A stretch of DNA of 64,000 nt from an uncultured Spirochaetota bacterium (GTDB lineage Bacteria > Spirochaetota > Spirochaetia > SZUA-6 > Fen-1364). Under the pieces are notes generated by a model. The model saw only the letters and a program-made list of their open reading frames with translations. It was not told the origin of the DNA and did not search any database. Position 1 is the first letter of the stretch. Each line of letters starts with the position of its first letter. The translations under genes were made by a program, and so were the position numbers. Location: NCBI GenBank assembly GCA_963781885.1, contig CAWAHW010000002.1:96001-160000 (forward strand), given 5' to 3'. Shown here in pieces: positions 20,185 through 32,067 of this stretch.

Positions 20185-21629
20185 GCGGAGACACGATTTC
20201 CCCCATCAACGCCGCGCCCCGCATGCCCTTTGTTGCGCAGCTGGGCCTGCTCATGGGCCCCTTCCTCTCCATGGTGGACAGCAACGCGGTGAATGTCGCG
20301 CTCGCGCCTATCGCACAGTCGCTGCACGGGTCCCTGCACGACACGCAGTGGATCGTTTCCGGCTACCTGCTGTCGCTCTCTGCCGTGCTCGCCGCCGCCG
20401 CGTACCTGTCCAAGAGATTCAGCACGATGCGGGTCTACCGGGTGAGCCTGGTCGGCTTCCTCATCGGCTCCATCCTCTGCGCCCTTTCCCCGACGTTGCC
20501 CGTGCTCATTGCGGCGCGCGTGTTCCAGGGCGCCTTCGGGGCGCTCCTCGTCCCGCTTGCCATGACGATGATACTCGGCTCCGGGGGCAGGATCGCATCC
20601 GGCGAGATGTCGCCGCTCCTGGGCATCGTGCTCTTCATGGCCCCGGCGATAGGACCGAGCCTGGGCGGTCTCCTCATACCGCTGGGCGGCTGGCAGCTCA
20701 TCTTTCTCATCAACATCCCCTTTGGCATCTTCGGGCTGATCGCGGGCGCCGGCATCAAGGGCCGAATGGCGGACGCTGCCGACCGCTCGGTGCGCTTCGA
20801 TCCCCTGGGCATCGCCCTGCTCTCCCTCGGGGTCGTCGGCATCACCTACGGCGCGACGAATGGTCCCACCGATGGCTGGCTGTCCCTGCAGTCGGTGCCC
20901 TTCTGGGCGGCGGGCGCGGTCCTCGTTTTCCTGTACGTGATGCTGCGCAAGGACCGGCCGCACCCCGCCGTGAATCTTGCCCTGCTCCGCTCGCCCTTCA
21001 CGGCTGCCGCCGTGGGAATTGCCACGCTCACCTCCGTGGTCAATTTCGCCATGGTGGTGCTCGTGCCCCTGTTCATGCAGAGCCTCCAGCGCGCCACCGC
21101 GCTCACCGCCGGTCTTGCCCTGATCCCGCAAGCGCTCATGAGCGGCATCGGCACCGCGGTGAGCAACCGCGTCGTGCGGCGGCTGGGCACGCGTGCAACG
21201 ACGATCGTCGGCATGGTGCTGCTGACGGCCGGCACCCTTTTCCTTCTCCTGATGGATCTCGGCACGTCGGCGTGGGTCATTGCGTGCATCCTGGTTGCCC
21301 GCGCATTCGCAATCGGTCTTGTCGTCCAGCCCCTCATCGAGGTGGCGATCGGCCGGGTGCGCCCCGCGGAGACGGCTGATGCGAATACGCTTTTCATGAT
21401 CACCAACCGCATTGGCGGGGCCGTGGGCATCGCCATGCTCGTCACACTTTTCCAGGTGCGCTCCCAGGCCCTGGCGCGTGTTCAAGGTATTGAAGGCGCC
21501 GTGAAGGGCTTCCATGAAACAGTGCTCATCCTCACGGGTCTTGCAGCGGCCGGGCTCATCCTGGCGGTGTTCATGCTGCGCGAGAAGAAGCTCGAGACCG
21601 TCGAGCAATTGCTCGATGAGACGCCGTAA
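20181..21629 (+). CDS. DHA2 (EmrB/QacA-like) MFS efflux transporter
   Basis: DSNAVNVAL, QWIVSGYLL, ARVFQG, PAIGPSLGG and IFLINIPFG. Many hydrophobic segments. Confidence 0.88.
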   Translation: MSGDTISPINAAPRMPFVAQLGLLMGPFLSMVDSNAVNVALAPIAQSLHGSLHDTQWIVSGYLLSLSAVLAAAAYLSKRFSTMRVYRVSLVGFLIGSILCALSPTLPVLIAARVFQGAFGALLVPLAMTMILGSGGRIASGEMSPLLGIVLFMAPAIGPSLGGLLIPLGGWQLIFLINIPFGIFGLIAGAGIKGRMADAADRSVRFDPLGIALLSLGVVGITYGATNGPTDGWLSLQSVPFWAAGAVLVFLYVMLRKDRPHPAVNLALLRSPFTAAAVGIATLTSVVNFAMVVLVPLFMQSLQRATALTAGLALIPQALMSGIGTAVSNRVVRRLGTRATTIVGMVLLTAGTLFLLLMDLGTSAWVIACILVARAFAIGLVVQPLIEVAIGRVRPAETADANTLFMITNRIGGAVGIAMLVTLFQVRSQALARVQGIEGAVKGFHETVLILTGLAAAGLILAVFMLREKKLETVEQLLDETP

Positions 21630-21671
21630 AATGGCTTGCGATCCGCGCCAGCGGGTGTACAGTCTCTTCAT

Positions 21672-22687
21672 ATGAAAAAAATCGTCGTCCTCGGGGTTCT
21701 GCTCCTTGTGGGCGCGGGAAACGTGCTCGCGCTGCCGCCTCTGGATGCGAAGCATCTGCCGCTCTATCCCGGCATCCGTCTCCTGCGCAGCGCGGTGGAC
21801 GGCGCCTCGAGCGATTTCGTCTACACGGCGGATGCCCCCGCCGCAAAGGTGTGTGCGTTCTATCTCAGCGCTTTCGGCTGGCGGCCTGACGATGCGGGAT
21901 CGGACTTCGTGCCGGTGAAGTTCTGGCAGCCTGACGGCGGCCAGTGCATGATTTTCTTCAGGGACGATCCGGCGCAACCGGCGACTTTCCCCTGGGCTTC
22001 CGGCGTGGCGACGGGGGCTGTCCTTAAGTGGGAGGCGGAGGACGGCAAGGGCAATCACTCGTCATTCGCCATGAAGATCACCGACACGACGGAGAGCGCG
22101 CCGAGCACGGAGGTCGACCTGTCCGTGCTCACGGCGAATCGCGGCGACGTGGAGGCCGAGCAGGCCGCCGTCGCCGATCAGGCGCAGAAGGCAGCCGCGG
22201 CGATGGATGAGGGGATCAATCACGTCGACCCTGCCCAGAAGAAACTGGTGGACGAGCTCACGGCGCATCCCCCGACGATGAAGGACCTGGCGGCGCGCAT
22301 CAAGAAGGAGTCGGCCTCACCCTGTACCCGGGCGTCACGCTCCAGCTGAAGGCCATGGAGCTGTATGAGCACGACATCTGGGGAAACTTTGCAGGGTACT
22401 GGTTTCTCTCAAAGGATCCGACGGAAAAGCTGGTTGCCTATTATGCAAAGGCCCTGGGGAAAGACATGGATACAATCGACATCGATACTCCCCTCATCGT
22501 CCTCGATATCACCGATGCGCAGAACAAGATCACCGGCCACGTCGCCATCTACAAGGGAACCGCTGCCCACAATCTCGGGCAGGATCCGGACGACGCCGAT
22601 CCCGACCAGGCGCTGAACGTCACCACCCTGGGCTTCTACAGAGGCGACGACGTCGGCACGCTTTCAGAATCCGAGGGCGGCCGCTAG
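21672..22687 (+). CDS. Secreted hypothetical protein with two similar internal domains (frameshift near 22310)
   Basis: Signal peptide MKKIVVLGVLLLVGAGNVLA. LYPG...KVCAFY motif recurs as LYPG...KLVAYY in the shifted frame that continues into ORF 22355..22687. Confidence 0.6.
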
Positions 22688-23913
22688 CCGCGCATGCCGT
22701 AGGCGTCGGCGAGCAGACCGAGCGCGCTGTCCAGGTCCGCGCGGCAGGGCGCCGGAAGGCTCACGAGCTTTTCCGCGGCCGCCGTATCCTTGAATCCCGT
22801 GCCAGTGAGAAGGACGACCACGCGCGACGCGGGGTCGACGTTGTGCCAGTCCTTCTGGAAGCCTGCCCAGGCCGCCGCGGAGGAAGGCTCCACGAAGAGC
22901 CCCGCCTCGCGCGCAAGCAAGAGCTGCGCGGCGCTGATCTCCGCGTCGGTCACTTCCACGGTTCTGCCATTCGTGCGCCGGAGGTAGCTCAGCGCCATGA
23001 GACCGGCCGCGGGCCGTGACACGGACAGGGAATCGGCAATCGTGCTCGTCGCGGAAAGCACCACCTCGCGGCCTTCACGCCAGCTCCTGCTGATCGCGTT
23101 GCTGCCTTCCGCCTGCACCGCGACCATGACGGGCAGGGCGTCCGTGCAGCCGGCTTCCATGAGATCGGTGAAACCCTTGCACGCGCCCGAGTATATCGCC
23201 CCGTCCCCCGTCGGGACGTACATCACGTCCGGGGCCTTGCAGCCGAGCTGGTTGTAGATCTCCAGGGAGACCGTCTTTTTTCCCTCCACCGTGAAGGGAT
23301 TGAATGCGGTGTTGCGATTCACCCCACCGCGCGCGCGCGTGTAGGCGATGGAAAGCTCGTAGGCGTCGTCATAGGTGCCCTGCACGGGCACGACGCGCGC
23401 GCCGTAGAGGAGGGCCTGGAGCAGCTTGGCGCGCGGCGCGGCGGCCGGCACGAAGAGCACCACGGAAAGCCCGTAGGCCGCGCCGACGCAGGCCATGGAG
23501 GCCCCGGCATTCCCCGTCGACGCAAGCGCGACCCTGTTCTCTCCCGCCGCCTGTGCCTGTTCGGCCACGAGGGCCGATGCCCTGTCCTTCAGCGACCCCG
23601 ACATGCAGAGCGTGTCGTTTTTCAGGAACAGGCGCGAAAAGCCCGCCTGCGCGCGCAAGCGGGCCGGTTCGACGAGCGGGGTGGCACCGGAGGGAAAGGA
23701 CCGCCATCGCCGCAGGGGGAGGGGCAGCAGGGACTGCGGCTCCACGAGCGCGCCGCGCCGCGCCTTTTTTTTCGGCCGGGAGACGACGGAGAGGTAGCCC
23801 CGGGGGTAGCTGCCCGGTGCCGCAGGCTCCGCGGCGCAGTGCGGGCATTCGTAGACCACCCCTTCGGCGGTGAGCGGTCTCCCACACGAGACGCAGGAAT
23901 AGGAGGTCTTCAT
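22684..23913 (-). CDS. Threonine synthase-like PLP-dependent enzyme (fold type II)
   Basis: N-terminal CxxC...CxxC; SGSLKDRAS (PLP Lys), ASTGNAG, EGKKT, VPTGDG, EPSSA and LTGTGFK. Confidence 0.85.
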   Translation of the reverse strand: MKTSYSCVSCGRPLTAEGVVYECPHCAAEPAAPGSYPRGYLSVVSRPKKKARRGALVEPQSLLPLPLRRWRSFPSGATPLVEPARLRAQAGFSRLFLKNDTLCMSGSLKDRASALVAEQAQAAGENRVALASTGNAGASMACVGAAYGLSVVLFVPAAAPRAKLLQALLYGARVVPVQGTYDDAYELSIAYTRARGGVNRNTAFNPFTVEGKKTVSLEIYNQLGCKAPDVMYVPTGDGAIYSGACKGFTDLMEAGCTDALPVMVAVQAEGSNAISRSWREGREVVLSATSTIADSLSVSRPAAGLMALSYLRRTNGRTVEVTDAEISAAQLLLAREAGLFVEPSSAAAWAGFQKDWHNVDPASRVVVLLTGTGFKDTAAAEKLVSLPAPCRADLDSALGLLADAYGMRG

Positions 23914-25376
23914 CCGGTGATGCCGACGTCGCGGTTGAACTCGTCGATCAGCGCGTCGATCTCGGGAGCCTGCCCCTGCACCGACGTCCAGTACGAGTCG
24001 TCGCTCCACTGTGCGTTCAGCTCCGCGATGCTTTTTCCCTGCTGCTCGATCCACGTGTAGTACTTCAGGTTATGGACGCGCCGGCGCTCGGGCCAGGTGA
24101 GCTCCAGCACATGATCCGCGCGCTGTCCGGCAAGGGAGCCTGCCCACGCCGCCACGGCGGCGTCCCGGTCGAAGGGGCCCTGCGCCGCGGTGAGCTCGGA
24201 AAGCCGGGAGCCGTAGAGGTCCAGGGAATCCGTGAGCACCGTGAAGATGACGTCGCGCGCGGAATACTCGAAGTAGCGGGCGAGCTTGATGGATGCCAGA
24301 AGATTCCCCAGGCCCGAGATGCCCAAGAGGGGGAGACGGTCGATCACGTCAGGGGCGACGCCCTTGCCCGCCAGCAGCGCGCGGCCTTCCTTCTCATTGA
24401 AAAGACGGAGGAGATTCATGCAGTCCTCGTCATCCACCGCGACAACCGCATCGGTATTCTTCACGTTGTGGATCCACGGCACGTGCTTGTCGCCGATGCC
24501 CTCGATGCGGTGCGCGCCGAAACCGTTGCACAGCAGCGTGGGGCACTGGAGGGCCTCCGCGGCGGCGACGCGGGCGCCGGGGAATACCATCTTCAACCGG
24601 TCGCCCGCGGCGATGGTTCCCGCCGAGCCGGTGGAGGAGACGAATGCCCGCACCGAGCCGGCGCTCCCCACCATGTGCTCCGCGACGCGCAGGAGCGCCT
24701 CACCGGTGACCTCGTAGTGCCAGAGGTAGTTGCCCAGCTCCTCGAACTGGTTGAAGATCACGATGTCGTCCCCGCGCGTGCGGGTGAGCTCGTGGCAGGT
24801 ATCGAAGATCTCCTTCACATTGCTTTCGCTGCCGGGCGTCGCGATCACCTCCCCGGCAACCCGCGAAAGCCATTCGAAGCGCTCCCGGCTCATGCCCTCG
24901 GGAAGGATGGCGATGGACTGGCAGCCCAGCAGCGCGGAGTTGAAAGCGCCGCCACGGCAGAAGTTGCCGGTGGAAGGCCAGGCTGCCTTCTGTCTGCTGG
25001 AATCGAAGGCGCCGGTGACCAGGGCCGGGGCAAGACACCCGTAGGTGGCGCCCACCTTGTGCGCACCCGTGGGAAACCACTTCCCGACCAGCGCGATGAT
25101 GCGCGCCGGAACCCCCGTAAGCTGCGAGGGAAGCTCCAGCACGTTCACATCTCCGAAAAGGCCCCCGGTTTCCACGGGCTGATTGCGCCACGTGATGCGG
25201 AACAAGTTCAGCGGGTTCACGTCCCACAGCCCCACCGCGCGGAGGCCCTGCAGGACGCGGGACGGGGCGCGCGCGGGGTCCTTCATCTGCGCGAAGGTCG
25301 GCAGGACGATGCCCCGCTCGCGGCAGCGCCTGACATTGCGCGCGCGGACTTCCTTGTTCATGGCCAGTGCGATCAT
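23910..25376 (-). CDS. PLP-dependent enzyme, tryptophan/cysteine synthase beta superfamily
   Basis: FPTGAHKVGA (PLP Lys), STGNFCRGG, GSAGT and HRIEGIGDKHVPWIHN. Overlaps the start of the downstream gene. Confidence 0.8.
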   Translation of the reverse strand: MIALAMNKEVRARNVRRCRERGIVLPTFAQMKDPARAPSRVLQGLRAVGLWDVNPLNLFRITWRNQPVETGGLFGDVNVLELPSQLTGVPARIIALVGKWFPTGAHKVGATYGCLAPALVTGAFDSSRQKAAWPSTGNFCRGGAFNSALLGCQSIAILPEGMSRERFEWLSRVAGEVIATPGSESNVKEIFDTCHELTRTRGDDIVIFNQFEELGNYLWHYEVTGEALLRVAEHMVGSAGSVRAFVSSTGSAGTIAAGDRLKMVFPGARVAAAEALQCPTLLCNGFGAHRIEGIGDKHVPWIHNVKNTDAVVAVDDEDCMNLLRLFNEKEGRALLAGKGVAPDVIDRLPLLGISGLGNLLASIKLARYFEYSARDVIFTVLTDSLDLYGSRLSELTAAQGPFDRDAAVAAWAGSLAGQRADHVLELTWPERRRVHNLKYYTWIEQQGKSIAELNAQWSDDSYWTSVQGQAPEIDALIDEFNRDVGITG

Positions 25377-25547
25377 GCTCTCGATGAGACCCCGGCCGCC
25401 GGGGCCTGTCAAGCGCACGGGGGCCGCGCTCTGGCGTCTCAAGGAGCCGCTCCCGGGCAGAAGCGTATCTTCGGACCATCCGGGCAGGGTAGGCTCGTCG
25501 CAGAAAGCTCGCTTGACTCCGCCGCCCGGTGACGCGATGTTTCTTCC

Positions 25548-26537
<990 letters not shown>

Positions 26538-26548
26538 AACAGGCGGCA

Positions 26549-29500
26549 CTATTTTGCGAGCGCCTTAAAAAGCCTTTTTACGATGCTGTCGATTTCTTTC
26601 AACTGGTCGGCCGCAGCCTCCCTTGCGAGGCGCCGGCGGGTTGCGAGGGTGCCCTCCATCTGCCCATCTTTCAGGGACCTCTCCACAACAGAGGCAGCCG
26701 ATTCTCCCAGCTCTGCCAGGCGCGCATGAAGCGTATCCTTCTTGTCGAACTGAGGAATGGGAAGCTCCAGGACTTTCTTTTCGATATGTCGTTCACCTAG
26801 AAGGCCCAAACTCTGGAACGGCTTTATAGCTTCGTTAACATTCTCGCTATTAAGAACAGAAACGAGATAATTTGCCTTCGCCTCGAGATTGTGTGCACCC
26901 CCGCAATACACTGTGTGCTCTGCAAAAAATGGGATTGTTTCCGACTGTGCTCAAAGAGAGCTGCCGATATGTTCATTCCGGCGGCATTGTACAGCACCAC
27001 TGAATTCGGCCTGCTGGATTCTTGCTTCATGAGCTTGCCCTGGTAGTTGAGCCATCCGTATAGGTCTTGCTTGTCCGCTTTCGCCCCTCGATGCTTGATC
27101 CATTCCCTTTCCGCGCGCTCGAACCAGTCGGCGGCCTTCCGGTAACCAAGCTTCCGAAGCTCTGCCGCGGTTTTGAGCTCATATTGGCCTCTTCTCTTCT
27201 ATGACGGGAAGTACCACATAAGGGAGGTCCACAACCGCAAACGGAAGCACGTGCTTTGCAAGTCGCTATGGAATACAAACCTGCGTCTCAACGAGTCCCT
27301 CGAGCATGATGTCTTTATATGGCGGCTTTCCTTCTTTTGCTTGCTCTGGGTCGGTACGCGCGTAGAGCTCATCCGTCGACAACTCTACGGCCGACGGGCG
27401 TGCGATAAAATAGAAGTTGCGGGGCACAATCGTTGCGCCCTGGGAAAACCGCTTGCGATATGGTGTTGGCGCGTGTCCATGGTCAATTGCTTCCTCAGAA
27501 AGTGCTGTTCTCTCTCCAAGCTTCGCCAGAAAGAGCCTGCTCGTCCGCTCAGATAGCTCCTCCTTCGCCAATCTCCATGGAATGTCTCTGCTCCGAAGCT
27601 TTCCGGTGAAAATCACTGCGGGCCAGGATGTATGCGCCGCGGCCTTTCGATTTACTCGCAGAATACCACGCATGCCGGGACATTGAAAAGAGGGCTCACC
27701 CCTCGAAGGTCCCAATACTCCTTGATGTCGCAGTCGGCCTTGAATTGCTCGGTGCGGAACTTCTCATGCTGGTCTCCGCTGAACACGCTGCGGGGCATCA
27801 CGTAGCCGAGCATCCCACCTTTCTTGAGATAGAGATGCGTGGCATGAACGAGAAAAAGCGTCGCGAGCTCCATCTGGGTCACGAGCTTCTGCGCCTTTGG
27901 CGCAAGCTCGTACGTCTCGACGCTGAGGCTCTTGATCTCCTGCTGGTACTCGGGATCGCTCACGTAGCGGTAGGCGAGCCAGGGCGGATTGCCGACGACG
28001 ACGTCGTATCGATTGCGGAGAAAAAGCGGCCGCATGTTGTTTCGCAGAATGAACGACCATATCGTGTCCTGCCGGTTGCGGATTCTTGCCGCCAGGTCTC
28101 CAGACAGCCGGAAAAGCTCGCGCGAGGCATTCACGCGGTCGCCCTCATCTGCAATATGCGCCAGATGCCGGGCAGCCGCGGCGTGAAAACCTGCCTCGGT
28201 CTCCGCGTTTTCGTCCCTGGCCAGTCGTGAGGCAACGTCGGTGCAGAGTGAAACCGCTTCATCCCAGCCCCGCGCGTCATCGAACAACGTCTGCGGAAAA
28301 CCGTAGCGTTTTCCCGCGAACCGGACCGTGACGTGTGTGCCTCCCAACAGGACCAGGTCGTCGGTGTGGGGCATGAGAAGCGCGTCTGCCAGGTGAACGG
28401 GTATCTGCACGGGATGCTTCGCGCGGCGGAGCAGGTCCCGAATCGCAATGACATAGGTTGCCTTGCAGATCATGACCGCCAGTGGATGGATGTCGATGCC
28501 ATGGACGTTTGTGAGCAGTGCCTTGAGCACGCTGTCCCAGTCGATGGCTCCGCCTCGATCGACCTTCTCCAGCATCGAGCGGATCCTGTGCAAAGAGGCT
28601 CGCAGGAATCCGCCCGAGCCGCACGTCAGGTCGATGACGGCGGGAATGTGACCGGTTGGCTTCCCGATCATTTCCGAAACGACGCGTTCGCAGAGCCAGT
28701 CAGGCGTGTAGTATTCGCCAAGATCGTGACGATCGGCCGGGTCCACCAGCTCCTGATAAACCCCCTTCAAAAGGTCTTCATCGATCTGGCCGAAATCGTA
28801 GCTGCGAAGCTGGTTGAGCATCTTCATCCAGGCGCGTTCCAGCCGGCGAGACGCTGTCGGGCGGCCTATCCATTGGAAAAAGTCCTGCTCGACGAGGTTC
28901 ATGAGCCGCTTGCGCTCGAAATAGTCACCGCGGACAAGCGCCGAGACAAGCTCCGTCGACGGAAGAGATGCCGCCTCGTCGCGTTCCAGGAGGGAAGCCC
29001 AAACGATGAACCGGGCAAGGACCGCCAGATACGTATGGCGGCAGAAGAGCTGCGCGGTTGTCGAGAGATTGCCATACGTGTAGGAGAGATAGCGGGACCA
29101 CTCGGAATAGGAAAGGCTGACTTCAGGCTCTTGCCTGACGGACTCAAAAGCGGCCGCCAATTCGGGCTGCAGGGCGGCATACAGATGGCTTTGCACTCCA
29201 AAGTCACGCGTAAATGTCTCGACCGTTGGCCTCAGCCTGCCTTCACGGAAAAAGAGCCGGTTGAGGAAAAGGAAAAAAGACTCATGCGAGGACGCATCCG
29301 AACCCAGAAGAAGCGTTTCTCCCGGCGCCAGATCCACGTCCTCCGCCTGCAGATCGGCAGCTTTCTCCGCGCGCGGATGATACGTGATCCATTGGAGACC
29401 GTCCGATGCAATGCAGATGTAGGAGCGCCGGGGATTCTCTCCGTTCCATAAGCCCGCGCAATAGCTGCGAAGCTGGCCTTCCGCCTCTTCACGTTTCGAT

Positions 29501-29796
29501 GAAAGGGAGCGCTCGAACTCGATGACCAGATCTCCGTAGTACGCATCGATGCTTCCCTTGCGGATGATCTGTGCGCCGGAGGTCGGCATTGAAACGGATG
29601 TCTCGATCCCGTCGGTGTAGCGGCTCAGCTCCTCGACGCTTGAAGGAAAGAGCGCCTGCAGGAGCAGAAGAAACTTGTCCCGTCGGGGCGCCTCTTTGAG
29701 ATCGGAGCCTTTCAGCTCCGACTGAAATCTTGCTATCAGTTTTAAATATTCCGCGCCGCCCACGGTGCCAGAGTATGACAAGCGGCGCGGATGCAC
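26549..29796 (-). CDS. Type IIG-like restriction-modification protein / N6-adenine DNA methyltransferase (several frameshifts in the C-terminal third; may be a pseudogene)
   Basis: GEYYTP, motif I DLTCGSGGF and motif IV GNPPW. Putative nuclease N-terminus IDAYYGDLVIEFE. TRD-like fragments (FSQGATIVPRNFY, GERHIEKKVLELPIPQFD) continue in shifted frames to 26549. Confidence 0.75.
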
Positions 29797-29816
29797 AAGG
29801 GAATTGATGACCTTGT

Positions 29817-30308
29817 CTATTTCCGGCCGAGCACAAATCGAGCCTGTTCACGCCGCAACATCATGTAGGGCGTCATGAATTTGATGCCAAGACCGATGCA
29901 AACATTTGGGATCTTGATGATCTTTGTTGAATTCGATGCGATCTCGTGGGTGACAAGAACGTCTCCGTGGGCACGAGCGTGCGCAACCAGGAAATAGTCA
30001 GCGCTCTGGAGGAAGGTGCTCACCGCCGCCTGTCCGTACGATTGACCGGTTGCCCATGCGCTGATTTCCCCGAGGTGCGGCAGAATGGACGAATCCGGCT
30101 CCAGAAAGAATCCGGACCCGCGCAGTGCGGCCCAGGCCGTCAGCTCATCGTCGCCCGCTTCGATTTCGTCGCCAACTTTTTCGATGCTGAAGACGCGCTG
30201 TGCCTGGTTCTTTTCTATCAGCCAATCCCAGAATGCAGGGCAGAAATCCAGCCCATAATGCAGATTCTTCGCTTGTATGAATACATTTGCGTCAAGGAGA
30301 TATGACAT
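29817..30308 (-). CDS. PIN-domain protein, DUF4411-like (putative toxin)
   Basis: YLLDANVFIQA..YY-like start, FWDWL, ADYFLVAHA, LVTHE and KIPNVC. Confidence 0.82.
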   Translation of the reverse strand: MSYLLDANVFIQAKNLHYGLDFCPAFWDWLIEKNQAQRVFSIEKVGDEIEAGDDELTAWAALRGSGFFLEPDSSILPHLGEISAWATGQSYGQAAVSTFLQSADYFLVAHARAHGDVLVTHEIASNSTKIIKIPNVCIGLGIKFMTPYMMLRREQARFVLGRK

Positions 30309-31450
30309 CAAATGATCTTCAGGCTTCGGCCGAGCTCAAGGAATGTCTGCAGCCTTGTGAAGCCGAGCATGTGGAACGCGTCCCGATGCAGGGTCTGCCC
30401 TTCAAGAGTGCTGACAACGAGCGCGTGGGCAAATCGTTTGCTGACCCTTGCCGCCTGCGTCAGATAGAAATCGCCGCCGCTTCTCCGGGGCAAAGCGCGG
30501 AGACGCTCTTCCTCAGCTCTATACGCCTTCCAAAACTCCTCTCGTGTAAGCCCATTCATATCGAAGACTCTCCGCAGGGCAACCAGAGAGCTGACCTTGA
30601 ATCGGCGTGCAAGTCGACTGGCTTCCTCCTCAACGTTGACATGCGGCCGAAACTCCCGCTTGAGCACGGATAGAGGAACGAGAAGCTCCGCGGCAACGCG
30701 GTTGCACCAAAGCTCCACCTCATGGTCCGGCGTCAATGAAGCTTCCGAATCGGAGATTGCCGACTGTCCCCGCCATACGTGCGCGATCTCGTGCGCCAGC
30801 GTAAACATCTGCGCTGCTTTCGTGTCCGCGCCGTTGATGAAAATCAGGGGCGCAAGGTCATCGCTCATTGCAAAGCCCCTGAACTCTTCAGGGTCGAGAT
30901 GCCTGCTGTTGTTGTTCAACACCACGCTGCTGCACATGACGAGGATGCCTGTCGTGTCCGCCTGTTGGATAAACCGACGCAGCGCCTCGGTCCACGTCGG
31001 GATAGCCGCGCGTTCATCGAGGTCGAACTTCAGCATTTGTCGTATCGACGACGCTGTGATTTCGACATTGCTATTCGAATTCGCCGCTCCAACGAACGCA
31101 AGCGCTTCTTCTCCGTTGGAGCGCGCATAGTTGTGATACCATTCCTGCCTTTGCTGGCATATGTAAATCGTGTCAAGAAGGTTGGGACTCGCATGTCCAA
31201 CATGCACGTTTCCGGCCGTACGGAAATCGGGAATAGGCAGCTCCTCCGTGGGCGGCCGATCAAGAAAGAGATAGCCGACCGGCGCGTGCGTAAGCTTCGA
31301 AAATCGCTCGATCTGCTTTAGTGTGGGGCGCGTCTTGCCGCTTTCCCATCCGGCGAGCTGGGGGATTTTCCGGGCAATTCTGTTTCGATCGAGCCCTGCA
31401 CGCTGATATGCCCAGCGCAGCATCCCGGGATTCACTTCTACGCGGATCAT
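30308..31450 (-). CDS. XRE HTH plus ImmA/IrrE (Peptidase M78) metallopeptidase
   Basis: WESGKTRPTLKQI HTH; FTLAHEIAH (HExxH); E.WCNRVAAELLVP; LARRFKVS. Confidence 0.88.
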   Translation of the reverse strand: MIRVEVNPGMLRWAYQRAGLDRNRIARKIPQLAGWESGKTRPTLKQIERFSKLTHAPVGYLFLDRPPTEELPIPDFRTAGNVHVGHASPNLLDTIYICQQRQEWYHNYARSNGEEALAFVGAANSNSNVEITASSIRQMLKFDLDERAAIPTWTEALRRFIQQADTTGILVMCSSVVLNNNSRHLDPEEFRGFAMSDDLAPLIFINGADTKAAQMFTLAHEIAHVWRGQSAISDSEASLTPDHEVELWCNRVAAELLVPLSVLKREFRPHVNVEEEASRLARRFKVSSLVALRRVFDMNGLTREEFWKAYRAEEERLRALPRRSGGDFYLTQAARVSKRFAHALVVSTLEGQTLHRDAFHMLGFTRLQTFLELGRSLKII

Positions 31451-31537
31451 TGGGGAGCAGTCCTCAACACGATCAACAGAATAGATTTCCATAAGCAAGC
31501 TGTAAAGACTCAGGCGCGTGGCGTTCTTTCCGGCAAC

Positions 31538-31573
31538 AAAAAAAGGGGGACCCGGCATGCGCCCAGTCCCCCC
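31538..31573 (-). terminator. Rho-independent terminator of the ABC/GntR operon
   Basis: GGGGGAC/GTCCCCC stem followed by a T7 run on the minus strand. Confidence 0.6.
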
Positions 31574-31607
31574 GATTGCTGCCGCCTGACGCGGCCGAAA
31601 CGCGTAT

Positions 31608-31700
31608 CTATATCGCTGCTGCGATGAAGAGCACGAAAGCGACTCCCAGGACAAGGATCGCGCCCAGCGCGCTCACCACCACAATTGCGCTTTTCTTCAT
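31608..31700 (-). CDS. 30-aa single-pass membrane microprotein
   Basis: MKKSAIVVVSALGAILVLGVAFVLFIAAAI*. ATGA overlap with the gntR stop, AAGGAGG RBS upstream, terminator just downstream. Confidence 0.6.
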   Translation of the reverse strand: MKKSAIVVVSALGAILVLGVAFVLFIAAAI

Positions 31701-32065
31701 GTCGTTCCCTCCTTGTGTGCGGTATAGAGACTGCGCAGATCGTCGAAGCCCATCTGCAGCAGGTCCATGGTCTTGAAAAGGTGCGGAAGATCGCGGCTCA
31801 CGAAGCTTCTCCTCTTCAGCTCTCGGGTCGTCTCGTAGGCGTTCTGTGCAAGGAAGAACCCGATGCCGCGCTGGTTGTGGATGATCCCCTGGTCCTCCAT
31901 GAACCCGTAGGTTCGATTGACGGTATTGGGGTTCACCTGGATGCTTTCCGCCATCTCACGGATGCTCGGGATCCGCTCGCCCGGCTTCCACGTTCCGCCC
32001 AGCACGTTTTCACACATGAGATCGGCGATCTGCAGGTAGATGGCCTGATTCTCCCGGAACTCCAT
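31697..32065 (-). CDS. GntR family regulator, YtrA subfamily
   Basis: IYLQIAD...IPSIREMA..IQVNPNTV.RTY...RGIGFF, 122 aa. Confidence 0.9.
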   Translation of the reverse strand: MEFRENQAIYLQIADLMCENVLGGTWKPGERIPSIREMAESIQVNPNTVNRTYGFMEDQGIIHNQRGIGFFLAQNAYETTRELKRRSFVSRDLPHLFKTMDLLQMGFDDLRSLYTAHKEGTT

Positions 32066-32067
32066 GG

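Noticed and set aside
26538-31540. Defence islet as an autonomous mobile element
   Set aside because: No integrase, transposase, tRNA target or convincing flanking direct or inverted repeats were found.
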